64,000 nt of DNA, taken from the NCBI RefSeq assembly GCF_001194135.2, contig NC_068990.1, forward strand, positions 63,802,703 to 63,866,702. The letters run 5' to 3'. Shown here piece after piece: positions 24,088-36,837 of the stretch. The DNA comes from Octopus bimaculoides (lineage: Eukaryota). The notes beneath the pieces were generated by a model, which was not told the origin of the DNA, did not search any database, and saw nothing but the letters and a program-made list of their open reading frames with translations. The stretch's first letter is position 1, and every line of letters begins with the position of its first letter. A program made the position numbers and the translations under genes.

Positions 24088-24389
24088 CATTACCTACCAG
24101 TGGTCTCATATGAGATCACTTAAAAATTACAAATTTCGTAATTATCTGTCAATATTTACACATATCTAACCTTTTTTCTATATCTACTAAGTATATTTCT
24201 CTGATATTCAAATGAGGTTTGCTAATTTTTCACCCAATATCTCGCTTATTTCTATTTAAAATGTTACTTTGAAATGTTATTGTGAAATGTTATTTTGATC
24301 ATTCCAGCGTGTTTCTAAGGCTGTTTTATGCTAGAAATCAAAGTTTCATAAAAAAAATTCCAGTTAATAGAATTATGGGAGGTAATGGG
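24088..24389. mobile_element. piggyBac-like MITE family A
   Basis: TTAA at 24084-24087 and 24390-24393; it is the reverse complement of the element at 56377-56666. Confidence 0.88.
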
Positions 24390-26233
24390 TTAACATTTAA
24401 AAATAAGGAAATTTTGGGAAAGTTTTGTGTTTCTGTCTCCTAAATGAGTGGCATATTTCTACTTTGCAGTACCTTTTTACATTAGGACCACAGAAAATTT
24501 CATTTCTGATGCAGAACATTAACTGTTGAAAATTTTGTCACTTGTTCTACAAAGAATAGTTGCTAAATCTCTATAAAATAACACACTTATCAGTGGTTCT
24601 TAATCATTTTGTCCTTGTGGCTTACTGAAGATAAGTAAAAAATTACTGTCGCATTCACATGGGAAGTTTAAAAAAAAATTTTAAGGTTGAAACTTTCAGC
24701 AAATATAGAAAATTATTGCTTGCCTTGTTTTGTTAATCATATTTGTGTATAACAAAATTATGAGCAACATATTTTCAAGTCACTCAAGCATTAGTATGGA
24801 TTCTCCAAAGTTTTAACCCTTTAGTATTAAAATCAGCTATATCCAGCCCAAATATTCTACTCATTTCATGTTCAAACCAGCCAGATCCAACATCTCACAC
24901 ATATCCTACAATGTCATTCTAAAAATAAGCAATCACATCATCAAATTTTCAAAGTATATCTTTGAAATTTGTGTCACATCTAGATACCTAGAACCACTGC
25001 CTAACTGTCTTATACCTTTTGTCACTATATTTCTAATGAGTAAACTCCCACATATTTCAATTAATTTGCATTATGATTATGGTTTTGAAGAGACGTAGTA
25101 AAATATATAACTTCATATATTAGTATATTATATTGGACCAGTAGAATTTTGATATCAAATATAGTTATAACCTTTTGATTGAAATTTTAATTTAAATATG
25201 AATATTTTCAGATGAGTAGTGTCAGATGGGTTGATATTAAAAGTTTTAAATAAGGAAAAGGCACATTAAGTAGTGTCATCCTAGATGGGATGGTCATGTT
25301 TGGAATGTCTTTGGTCATAAGTTTGCTCAATAAAGCAACAACAAAAAAACAACAACAATCATGCTAATCTCTTCTTAACTCAGTTAGACAATATTAAAGG
25401 ACAAAATGGCTATATTTAAAAATAAAAGAAAGGACTGAGAGAGAGGGACTTAGAAATTGCCTTCTTTATTAATCCCTTATTTGACGAGTGGTAATATACA
25501 TGTCATTGCTTTATCTCTTAAATCTCATACTGTCACATAGAATTGGTGTGATAATAAAAACTAAAATGAACTGATCAAAGTCTGTAATCTTGGAAAAGAG
25601 AAGTTAGGAAAATGTGACAATAAAAGAAGTGTAAATATCTTAAGAGATGGACTGCTTCAGCAAGAAGCCTCCAAAGCTGGTGAATGATGTTTTACAAACA
25701 CCCTAGCTCTCCATGTTTTTCAATAAGAAAAAAAAGATATTACTTTAATCAGACAGTAGTTTGTTGAGCAGTGGTCCATAATCCATATTTTCTTAACTCT
25801 TACTGCATGGGAACTAAATATACTTGGTTCCATGCATGTGAACTTGTGACACAAGAAGTGAGATAACTCATTTCTGATAGTGGGTGGTATCCAGAGTTCT
25901 CCATATTTCATATGATGTAATTCACACATTCTATTGTTACATGCTAACAGAATTGAGACTGTGAGAGCTAATCAGCATATGATTTGCATGTTACATCACC
26001 AACAAAATTTAATGAGTGCAATGACGGTTAAGTTGTCTTGCCAAGAATATATCAATATTTAGATATTTGCTCACAGCAGGTCTTTTTATGTTAAATTTTT
26101 CTAAATTTTAGAGATGAACTTTTACTTCTTGTGATTGAAGTCAATGAGTGATTATATATTTTCTTGATAATTTAAAATATAACATCCAGAATTTGTTTTC
26201 ATTTACCATTTGTATGTGAAGAGCTTTTTCTCA

Positions 26234-26272
<39 letters not shown>

Positions 26273-26381
26273 CATGCATGCATACCTATATGTGTGTGTG
26301 TGTGTGTTTGTTTATGTGTTTGTTTGTGTGTTTGTGAGTGTGTGTGTTTGTTTGTGAGTGTGTGTGTTTGTGTATTTGTGT

Positions 26382-26423
<42 letters not shown>

Positions 26424-27340
26424 ATAACAATATAGCATCTCTCTGTATACATATATATATATATATATAATTGTTGGATTTGGGGATGGTCATGTTGCCA
26501 GTTTAGCCAATAAAAACACACGCACTATATATTTGGTGTTAAATTGCTTCAGCTTTATATTACATCAATCGTATTTCGGCCAGATATATATACATATATA
26601 CAAATATATATACAAATGGATATAGATGTGTGGAGGCATTTGCATTCACAGATACACAAAAGCACACATAGATTCATTCACAATACAAGACTTCTTGCTG
26701 TTCCTGAGTAAAACATATTGCAAAATTTCTTATATATGCATGAATATATATAGTTAGATATGTCTATTTGTAGATGTACAGTACATATAACCACATATGC
26801 ACATGTTTTTTTGTGTTCTTGTGCTGGAAAATGTTTACATAACTATGCATGATGATCATGGTTTACATGTCAGATTTGATGAATGAATGCTCCATTTGTT
26901 TTCAGTAAATTGAAATACTAAGTGAATGAAAGTGTATATGGCAAAGTATACTAAGCCACATAATCCATGGTCATAATTAGTATGGTGCCATATGTCAAAG
27001 CTAGTCCTTTGAATTTTCAGTACAGTAAATCTGCTGGTCTTACACACTTTCATTTTAACCCTTTTAGCTCACACCCCTTGAGTCAATATGAAACTATCTT
27101 TTACCTTTTGTCTTTTACTTGTTTCAGTCATTAAACTGCGGCCATGCTGGGGCACCACCTTGAAGAATATTTTAGTTAAAAGAATTGACCTCTTTTTCTG
27201 AACTGCTAATTTACAGAAACACAAACAAACCAATACCAGTTGTCAAGCAGTGGTGGGAGACAAACACAAACACGGAGAAAAACATGTATATACATACATA
27301 CATACATACATACATACATACATACACATATATATATATA

Positions 27341-27741
27341 ATATCAAACACATATATAGGAGGTATGTGTTTTGCTAGTTTGTGGTCAGACTGTGCTTAT
27401 AGGCATAAGAGAATATATTCCCTTCATGCAATGGTGTTAAAACATCTGCAAATCATCATCAAGCAGGAAAACTCACATCAGATACCATTCAGAAGCAATG
27501 ACCATCAATGTTTCATTATTTTTATGATTTGTCAATATGTGATATTGACAAGTCACAGAAATGACGAAACACCGATATCCATTGTTCCTGAATGTTATCT
27601 GATGCGTGTTTTCTTTCTTGTCTATGACTTCCAGGTGTTTTGACACCAAGCATATTGATGAGAATATATTCTTTTATGCCTATAAGCACAGCCTACTCAT
27701 GAACTAGCAAAATGCATACATTGTGTATGTGTGTTTGATAT
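27341..27741. mobile_element. MITE with about 80-bp imperfect TIRs, possibly TA-TSD type. One-ended copy at about 39277-39490
   Basis: atatcaaacac...ctgtgcttataggcataagagaatatattc on the left is mirrored by gaatatattcttttatgcctataagcacag...gtgtttgatat on the right. Confidence 0.75.
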
Positions 27742-27879
27742 TGTTTATATCCCTCAAGCTGCTTTTAACTCATATTTGAATATATATNNNNNNNNNNNNN
27801 NNNNNNNNNNNNNNNNNNNNNNNNNNNNNNNNNNNNNNNNNNNNNNNNNNNNNNNNNNNNNNNNNNNNNNNNNNNNNNN

Positions 27880-27924
<45 letters not shown>

Positions 27925-27953
27925 GGAATGCTTTGGAAATTCCTTGATACAGT

Positions 27954-28393
27954 TATATTTGGAGAGAAGATTTTTTTCTCGAAGAGTTAAGATCAAGAAA
28001 GAACCTTTTTAGAAAGTAGAAAGACACTAACCTTTGGGAAAAGATTTCATAAAATGTGTGTTAGCTTTTGCTTTTATAGATGTGCAAGCATTTTCAGTAT
28101 TTAACGTTTTCAAGCATATTACATATAGTGAAAGCTGTTTTCACTAAAATTGTTGTTGACTTTCAGTAAAATTATTGTTGACTATAGGCAACAACAATTT
28201 TAGTGAAAACAACTTTCACTATATGTAACATGTGCTTGAAAACGTTAAATACTGAAAGTGCTTGCACATCTATAAAAGCAAAGCCAACACACTTGTAAAA
28301 TCTCTTACCAAAGGTTAGTGTCTTTCTACTTTCTAAAAAGGTTCTTTTCTTGATCTTAACATTTTGAGGAAAAAAATCTTCTCTCCAAGTATA
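27954..28393. repeat. About 440-bp palindrome (foldback) with TA-repeat tracts nearby on both sides
   Basis: The arms are reverse complements around the centre ttgttgACTATAGGcaacaa (about 28184). Confidence 0.9.
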
Positions 28394-28501
28394 TATATAT
28401 ATATACTAATTCATAATAGAATGTAAGGATAAAAATCACGTTAATGATTTTTATCAGGCAGTCAGCATGCTATAAAAATTTATAGGTAATTTATACATTA
28501 A

Positions 28502-28688
28502 ACTAATAATATACATAGGTATATAATTATATTAAGGGAGCAAGAGTGAAAACAACCTATCTCCAACATGCTTGAAGTGCCGAGACATTAGTTTTTTTAA
28601 TATCTCTGCACTTCAAGCATATTGGAGTTTGGTCGTTTTCACCCTTACTCCATTAATATAATATAATTATATACATATGCATATTAGT
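28502..28688. repeat. About 190-bp diverged foldback
   Basis: For example catgcttgaagtgccgagacatta pairs with taatatctctgcacttcaagcata; short T-rich loop. Confidence 0.8.
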
Positions 28689-28698
28689 ATTAATTATA

Positions 28699-28737
<39 letters not shown>

Positions 28738-29077
28738 CAGGCTTTTTTCAGTGTCCATCTATCAAATAAGGCTTTGGTCAGCCCAAGGCTATAGTCGAAG
28801 ACAAGATGACACACAGTGGGACTGCACCTGGAACCACATGGTTGGGAAACAGACTTTTTACCATACAGTTACGCCTGTGCATATGGTTGTGATTTTGCCC
28901 AAGTGTTACACATTGTAACTGAACCCATTATTTCATGTTTGGGAAGTGACCTTCTTAACCATTTGGCCATATCTCTGCCATAAATATGTACACTAATGCA
29001 CCCCTCCCCCCACCATACAAATGCTGTTCTTATTTCATTATACACACATATCTTTGTTTTTTTTTTGCTCATTGTAG

Positions 29078-29110
29078 CTTGACCGCCGGCATCAGGTCCT
29101 CTTCAGACTG
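29078..29110 (+). CDS. Dynein micro-exon LDRRHQVLFRL
   Basis: T-rich tract plus tgtag acceptor, CTG|gtaaga donor, 33 nt, phase 0-0; resembles LDARHNYLFAI. Confidence 0.85.
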
Positions 29111-31301
29111 GTAAGAATTCTTTCTGTCACAACCTTCTAGCTCAAATTTGCTGCTGCTATATATATTCTAACTTGCTTTATTTCTTTATGTTTGTAACAA
29201 TAATAAACATTATCCAGAGTTAAATTTTCTGTAAGTGACATCAGACATAGCAAATACGATACTTATATCAGGTGTATTTCTCTAATTTCAAGACTCAGCT
29301 ATTTGGACTTTGAAATTGACAGGATTTCAGCAAATTTTAAAAGCTATGTTGCTGTAATGCAATAGATAAGTGTTAGATGTCCAAGAAGCAAAGATCTGAT
29401 AACACTGTAATTTGTTAAGTTATAATTCAACAGAAAATATGTCTATATTTTGTTTCAAATATTGAAATAAGTATATATAATCTAACCCTTTTAACTTACA
29501 ACTCTTTAACCAATCTGAAACTATGGTTGTGATTTTACCCAAGTGACATGCTGGTACCACATATAAAGATCTATGCTGGTGCCACATAAAAAGCACCCAT
29601 GCTTGCACCATGTTAAAACCATCAATGCTGGCACCACATAAAAAGCTTCCATGCTGGTACTACATAAAAATGCACCCAGTACATTCTGTAAAATCATTAG
29701 TATTAGGAGGGGCATTCAGCTGTAGAAACCATGCCAAGACAGACAAATGGAGCCTGGTGCAGCTCTCCAGTTTGCCAGTTCCTGTGAAACCATTCAAACC
29801 ATACCAGCATGGAAGACAAACGTTAAATGATAATAATGAGTATATGGATTGCTTTTGTATTTTTAAGCTGTATAAGTTTGGCTACTTATAGATTACTCAC
29901 CTGTTGAAATGGTAATTCTCACAAATGGTAATTAGTTACATTTAAACAGATTGACATAAAGTGAATAACATAACTGGATTTAGATCTCATAGTATATGAG
30001 ATATGAACTCAGGACATTTTTAATCATTTGGCCACTATTTGATATCAGCTTCATATTCTTTTGCATTAATGTGATCAACACCATAAAAAAATCCTACTAG
30101 TGTTGATTTAATTGTTATATACTCCACTTGCACAAATGTAACCCTGAAAGAAATGCACAAATATAACCTTGCATAAATATAACAAATATAACCACTTGCA
30201 CAAATATAACCCTCAAAGAAATGATTTTGTGGTGCTATAACTTTAGTGTTTAAGACTTTTAATTTTAAGAATCATCGTCATCATTTAACGTCCATTTTTC
30301 ATGCTAACATGCGTTGGATAGTTTGACAAAAGCTGGCAAGCCAGAGAGCTGCAGCAGACTCCAATTGTATGTTTTTTGCATGGTTTCTGTGACTGGATGC
30401 CCATCCAAATGCCAACCACTTTACAAAGTGTACTGGGTGCATTTTACTTGGCACCAACACAATGGGTGAGAGTAAGCCAGAATTTGTTTGCTGAAGTTGT
30501 ATATATTACATTCTGTGTAGGGTAAGTAAACCTAAATGCCTCAGCTTTTATGCTTAATTTTACGAAAGCATCATTTTGTCATTCATGGTGATTTCTTATC
30601 AAAATTCTATGGTAGCTAAACACTGAAAGAAGGTTTTATTGAGTATTTAAAATAAGTGTCAAAACTTCTGATTGAAATATTAATGAGTTATAATTCGTTT
30701 GTTTGTGATACATGAAACATTAAAATACATGCCAAATGAAATGCAAAATGTAAAGTTTATTTGACATCTGAGCTGATTCTGGTATTGATTTTTTTCGTGG
30801 GATGGGGGTATTTATGAGTTTGGTCACAAGTTTGTGGCCTAGAGATTTTTCTGTTTCTTATTCCCATATGAATTGTTTTGATTAAATTTTTTTATGCTTT
30901 TTTACATTTCCTGGTTTATTGAAGTAACTGCATATTTGCTGTAGCAGATTAATGGCTAATGACATGAAGTTCAAGCTGTATTGGAACAGTCAGTGAGCAA
31001 CATACATGTGATAAGCTACAAGAGAAGATAAATAAGAAGCAAATCATGTTATCTTCTTTCTGATTGGATTAATATTGGAAAGTCCATTATAAAGCACCAG
31101 GAAGACTCCAGTACACACTGAATAATAAAAACAATTTATGAGGAAATTTTTTCCCAGTCAATAGTCTGATAAAGCTAATAAAAAAAAAACATTATGTTAA
31201 GGTCATTGTCCTGAGATATTGTAATAGTTGATAGCATTGTATATGTATAATACACTGGTTGCATATAAACATTAAAATATTTTCTTGTTTGATTGCCATA
31301 G

Positions 31302-31364
31302 GTATCTGATGCTCTCAAGATTGAAGTAAATGTTGTGGAAGAGTTTGTTCTCAGTGATGAGAAA
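31302..31364 (+). CDS. Dynein exon VSDALKIEVNVVEEFVLSDEK
   Basis: catag acceptor, AAA|gtaagt donor, 63 nt, phase 0-0; resembles [21 protein letters not shown]. Confidence 0.88.
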
Positions 31365-31540
31365 GTAAGTTACTTAACCATCTAACAATCATTAAAAAAT
31401 ATGTAATCAGAACAATTTTTACTGAAATATATTGAAACATCTGGTGGCAAAGTAGCAGAATTGTTAGCATGCTGGACAAAATGCTTTGCAGCATTCCTGA
31501 CCAATACAAACACACTGAAAACTGTAACATCATGCATATA

Positions 31541-31748
31541 TGAGTGGGGTGGCTGAAAAGTTTCTGGTTTTAAGGGTATTGTGAAAGGCCTAGTTAGAGG
31601 CCCAACCTTCTGATTTCTTTTACAGTGCTTAGAAATACTGAAGAATCACTGCAATAAGTGTGTGAATCTGAGAAGAGGAATAAAATAATTAAGTGATCTC
31701 CTTGTATTTTCTTTTACCCAATGCCAGGAACTTTTCAGCACCCCTTCA
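31541..31748. mobile_element. Non-autonomous mariner-type MITE
   Basis: TIRs ggggtggctgaaaagtttctgg and ccaggaacttttcagcacccc, TA on the left. An internal remnant KNHCNKCVNLRRG resembles the mariner C-terminus. Confidence 0.7.
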
Positions 31749-33571
31749 TTTAATAATTTGATGTGTTTATTTATTTGTTGTATTAATTAGATAGTATAGA
31801 AGTAGGTGGCTGTCAAACAACAAATGGAAATGAGTGTTGGTAAGAGAAGTAAAATGAAAGTGAATGCAAGGATGAGGCATTTATTACATTGGCCTTACTG
31901 GCACACAGGCAAAGAACTAGTGTTAGTGTGATAATTAAAATATGAGTGAGTTGGAATAAAATTAGTTTTATGTTGCTTTAAGCAGGATGAGAAATAAGCA
32001 TAATAACAACAGAAATCAAGAAATCTTTATACAACTCAGTTTTTTTCTGAATATTGTGATAGAAGTTCTGGAATAATGATAATTACATATCAATCATTAA
32101 GTGTTTTGTAATTATTATTGTAGTGTTTTTATATAGTTTCTTTATTCTGTAATTAAATTTTTATAGCTTTCATTACTTCATCCAGTGAATTAGAGAAAAA
32201 TGTGATCAGCAAAAATGTTGTCGGTTATGTTGATCCAAGTGCCTATATGCTTACATACTGTTGGGACCCATGCTTTTCTGTGGATAACATGCACCTTCAC
32301 GTCTACGACTTACTGGTTTCAATCTATTGGTCAAGATTAAATTTTATCGTTAAATACTAAGTCGAACTCTTTATACAGGAAACTTATTCTTTTTATCTGG
32401 TTATTTGAACAGATATGCCATTCTTATAATTTATAAAACTGTCCTTATTTTTGATAACATAAGAATATCTATAACTCCAATGAAATTACAGAAAATCCTT
32501 CAGACTAATGCAAAAAATCAAGGTATATCATGCAATACATTACAGCGCAGTATTTATTAATATGTAATGTGCACTCATGAATAAAGTCCATCAGTTATTT
32601 TGAGTTATCAGACTCCAGAAAAAAATTCTTCTGCATATACTGTACACTCTTTTTCTTTAGTATTATGCTGTATTGAAAACAAAGTGTTTAGTCAGTTTTA
32701 TTATAATTGCTGTCTAACATACTGTGTAAAATTTTGTTTATCTTCATATCAATAAGCAAATTCAAATTTTACCTTAGAATTTTACTGTAAAAGTGTATCT
32801 GCTGTTAATTCAAACTATAAATGGTCAATTAGCTAAAAATGATATAAAAAGCATAATGCAGAATGTAAATATTTCTATTTAAATACTTTCGTCAAAAACT
32901 TGTTTATTTCAATAGTGACTGTTCATTATAATAATTACAGTATTTCAGGAACAGAATTTTTTTATATTCTCAGTTTACATTTTGATAATGATAATATCTG
33001 TATGTATTGCTTCTTGATTGCTTCAAGAAGTATTTTCTATAATGGCAGTATTATATTTTGGCCTTCTGTTCTGAAGCTTGATGGGATTAGTTCCATGAAA
33101 CATGTTTCTGCCAGCTGTGACGAACATTTAGTATATTATTACAATCAGAAAAATGTAACATTGATATGTTTAACTTTTTATTACACACCAGTTAGTTTGG
33201 ATACCAGTTATAACAAACTTATTTCAATCAGCCCATCCACAATATAGTAACACATCTGGTTGGAAAAATAGGTAACATTTAGTTTGCATGTATGTGCATC
33301 CTTTATATTTAGTTTTAAAAATCTGGAAAGTTGTTAATTATATATGAATAAATATTGTACTTTATCTGAGTTTTCACCCAAACATGGAACTGATTACATC
33401 CATAATATGAAGTCAAGATCAATTGTTTTCTTCTATATGCTGTAGACTGCTTCAAATAATGTTTCAAAGCTGCATATAACATAATATTCAGATTGATTAA
33501 ATATTATATTGAGAAAATTTTAAATCAAACAAATATTTCTAAAAATATTGGTTGTCATTATTCTTTTGCAG

Positions 33572-33646
33572 TTTGATACTATTGAGGAATTTTTTGATGC
33601 AAATGGTCGGAAAAAGCTGATATTTTTTTATCAAGCATATTTGCGA
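33572..33646 (+). CDS. Dynein exon FDTIEEFFDANGRKKLIFFYQAYLR
   Basis: ttttgcag acceptor, CGA|gtgagt donor, 75 nt; resembles [21 protein letters not shown]. Confidence 0.88.
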
Positions 33647-36600
33647 GTGAGTACATACATAATACATTTCTTCCAGCTGAGTTAAATTTTAATGACAAGA
33701 ATGAAATTTCACATTTATCAATTTTCTCAATAGTATTCTACAGGACACTGTAGTAAAGGGATATAACATATGAGAGATTCACTGTACATTTTAGTAATGC
33801 AGAATTTTACTCCTTAATCTAAATACTGTGAGATACTGCAATTGTGAACTGCTGTTCAGGACATCTGAATACTACCTGAACGTTCACTTTTTTAACACTG
33901 ACCACATATGGCAGTTAATGAGGGTTCCAGACACTTTGAGTAAATTATTAGACTTCTTGGATTGCAGGTATTTTGATGTGTCTTTAAATAAGATACTTCT
34001 GCTTGTCTTGGTCTACCTTTTTAAAATGAATATATGCATCAGACTGACTGAAGAAACTTATATGTGATACTCTGATAGACCGTACTATAGAATATAAATA
34101 TTGCTATTGATCTATTGGTTTTAGCTAATACTGTATGTGACAATCAGATTGTCTTTATACACATTTCATCTGTAGATAGAAAAGTGGGATCAGCTGGATT
34201 ACTTTCAATTGTATGAGAGGATTTCATCTACAATTGAGTACCCTCTTTAATCAGGTGTAAAGACAAAGTTGTTTCTTACATACAATGTTGGCTAAAATCT
34301 ATACATATATCATGTTTTACAGAATATCATTGAAACAAAATGAAATTACAACACCAGTAATTTATTATTAAAAAAATTGCAAAGAATGCATTATATATGC
34401 AAATTGGTTTATTCAGTGTAATCAAAATCCTAAATAATATTGGGTTTCCATGGACAGTGAAAGAGACTAATTGTTTACTAATGAAATCTCAACAAAAGAT
34501 TTAAACTCGTTCACTCTTTCTCTTCTTTCTGTCCACAAGGATATTATATATAAAACCAGAGGTGTTTACATCTTTCTATTACATAGCATTGTATACAAAT
34601 CTATAGATATATATTCTATAATATTGAAACAAAATACTGTTCCTGCACCAATAATTTACTAATATTTTTCCTTGAGTTAGAAGTTTTATCTATTATCTAT
34701 TGAATACATTGGTGTTCGACATGTTTCTCAGAACTTCTATCTCAAGAATGATTTTTATTGTAATACTGGTATTTAGCATTACTAACTCATGCCACTGTAT
34801 TCACCATTTTTGCTAACATTCTACTCTTCATGTTTATTCTTTATTTCTGAAATAGTCAAAGTCTCAGGATTGGCTTATAAGTATAATTTGGAAAATGTAG
34901 AGCTGGCTCATGAAGCCAATCTGGACCACTTGCAGAGCATGTATGGGAATTTGTGGTACTTGGGTTACTGGTGGCTATAAATTTGTGAAATGAATGCTTT
35001 ACAGAAGCATTCTTTAGTCTTTCAGATGTTTGGGTACCAATGTGGGCCAAACTGATTATGTTGATTTGGGGACAGAAATCTTCAAGAGTTAATCACAAAG
35101 TTGAAGCCTTTTAGAGATACTTTTTGGCCATCCTTAAACTTTTTCTTTTTCCAACAGCAGACTTTCCTCAACACATTTTTATCATAGATGCAAACTCTGT
35201 CAGGGAAAATATACTGTTGTGAGGAAAAGTAAAAGGTTGAATGTTTGCTTAAGTAAACATCAGCTTCAAAATCATTATCATCATCATCATCATTTAATGT
35301 CTACTTACCATGCTGACCTGGGCTGGACAGTGTTTGACATAGAGCTAGTTAGCAGGGAGCTGTCCAGACTCCAACTGTCTGTTGTGACATGGTTTCTACG
35401 ATTGGATGCTTTTTCTAATGCCAACCACCTAACAGAATGTTTCGGGTGCTTCTTACATGCCACTGGCGTGAGTACATTTACACAGCACCGGCACAGGTGT
35501 GTTAATGTAGCACCAGCACAGGTGCTTTTTGAATAGCACTGGTACTTGAAAGGGCAAGCCTATGAGTGTGGAAGACAGCAATTCTACAATTCTCCCTATA
35601 AGGTTCAAATCCTCCATTTTTTCCAGTTATGTCTTAGAGGAAGAAGAAAGACATTACTCATTATGTCTTAGAGGAAGAAGACATTAGTCAGATCATTTGA
35701 CTAATGAACCAAATATCCTTAACAATAAGTTGCACAATGTCTGAATTGGCTGAGCACTGATCTTCTAGTCCATGAGTTCAATTTGCAGACTTTGTATTGT
35801 TTGTTTTGGATAAAGAATTTAATAAATGTCATGCAGTTCAGTGCTTGTTGATGTTTTCCACCCTGGACTAACACTACTAACAAAACTGATAGAGTGGAGA
35901 CTTTAGTACCAGATCAAAGCAGACCAGACCAGACAGTGCCAGGATAACTTGCCTGAGCTTGTGCAGAGAAAGACGTGTGTAGCATTGGCAAGACAGAAAG
36001 TCATTAATCAACAATGGCCATATTACATTGTCAATGACAGGTAATGAGCATGTTCAGATTTTTTTTCTTTCAGGTATGATAGCATATTAATGATGTAACC
36101 TTATAGAGCTTATAAAAATTTGTGAATATATGCACACATGCACATGCAAATTTCTTAATAAATGAAAAATATCTACTTCATTATTAGGAATATATAAAGA
36201 CGATAAACTAACAGAATTGTTTATGTTGGATAAAATACTATTGGATAAAATATTTTGTGGTATTTCTTCTGGCTCTTCATATTCTGAGTTCAAATCCCGC
36301 TGTAGCCAACATTGCCTTTCATCATCCTGGGGTCAATAAAATACACACCAGTCATGTGCAAAAGTTGATATAATCAACTTCTTTACCAAAAACAAAAAAG
36401 ATTCTCATCATGTGCCTGTATTAAAAACAACTTTTAGGAATATGTAAAAGATTTGCTAAGGGTAAGCTAATACACTTAGTTTGTGAGTCAAAAGGGAATT
36501 TTGATAAACTGAAATGAAATTTATAATGGAAGGAAAAGGCATTAGTGACAATGGCATTTTTTTCCCAAAGAAGACAAAGGAGAAAACTTTGAAATTTAAA

Positions 36601-36786
36601 TTGATCAAAAATTAATTGGAGGCATGCAGCAAAGAATTAGTCTGATATTTGGTATCTTTGCATATCATTAAGTCCAATGTCTAGGATGCACCTAGCTATA
36701 TCTAAAAGAAACACANNNNNNNNNNNNNNNNNNNNNNNNNNNNNNNNNNNNNNNNNNNNNNNNNNNNNNNNNNNNNNNNNNNNNNN

Positions 36787-36837
<51 letters not shown>

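Noticed and set aside
30124-30222. Short cacttgcacaaatataacc repeats as a CRISPR-like array
   Set aside because: Irregular degenerate minisatellite in eukaryotic intron DNA, with no unique spacers or cas genes.
35627-35687. Small tandem duplication ttatgtcttagaggaagaag (and similar ones at about 1326/1505 and 6290-6340)
   Set aside because: Ordinary slippage-type duplications with no further structure.
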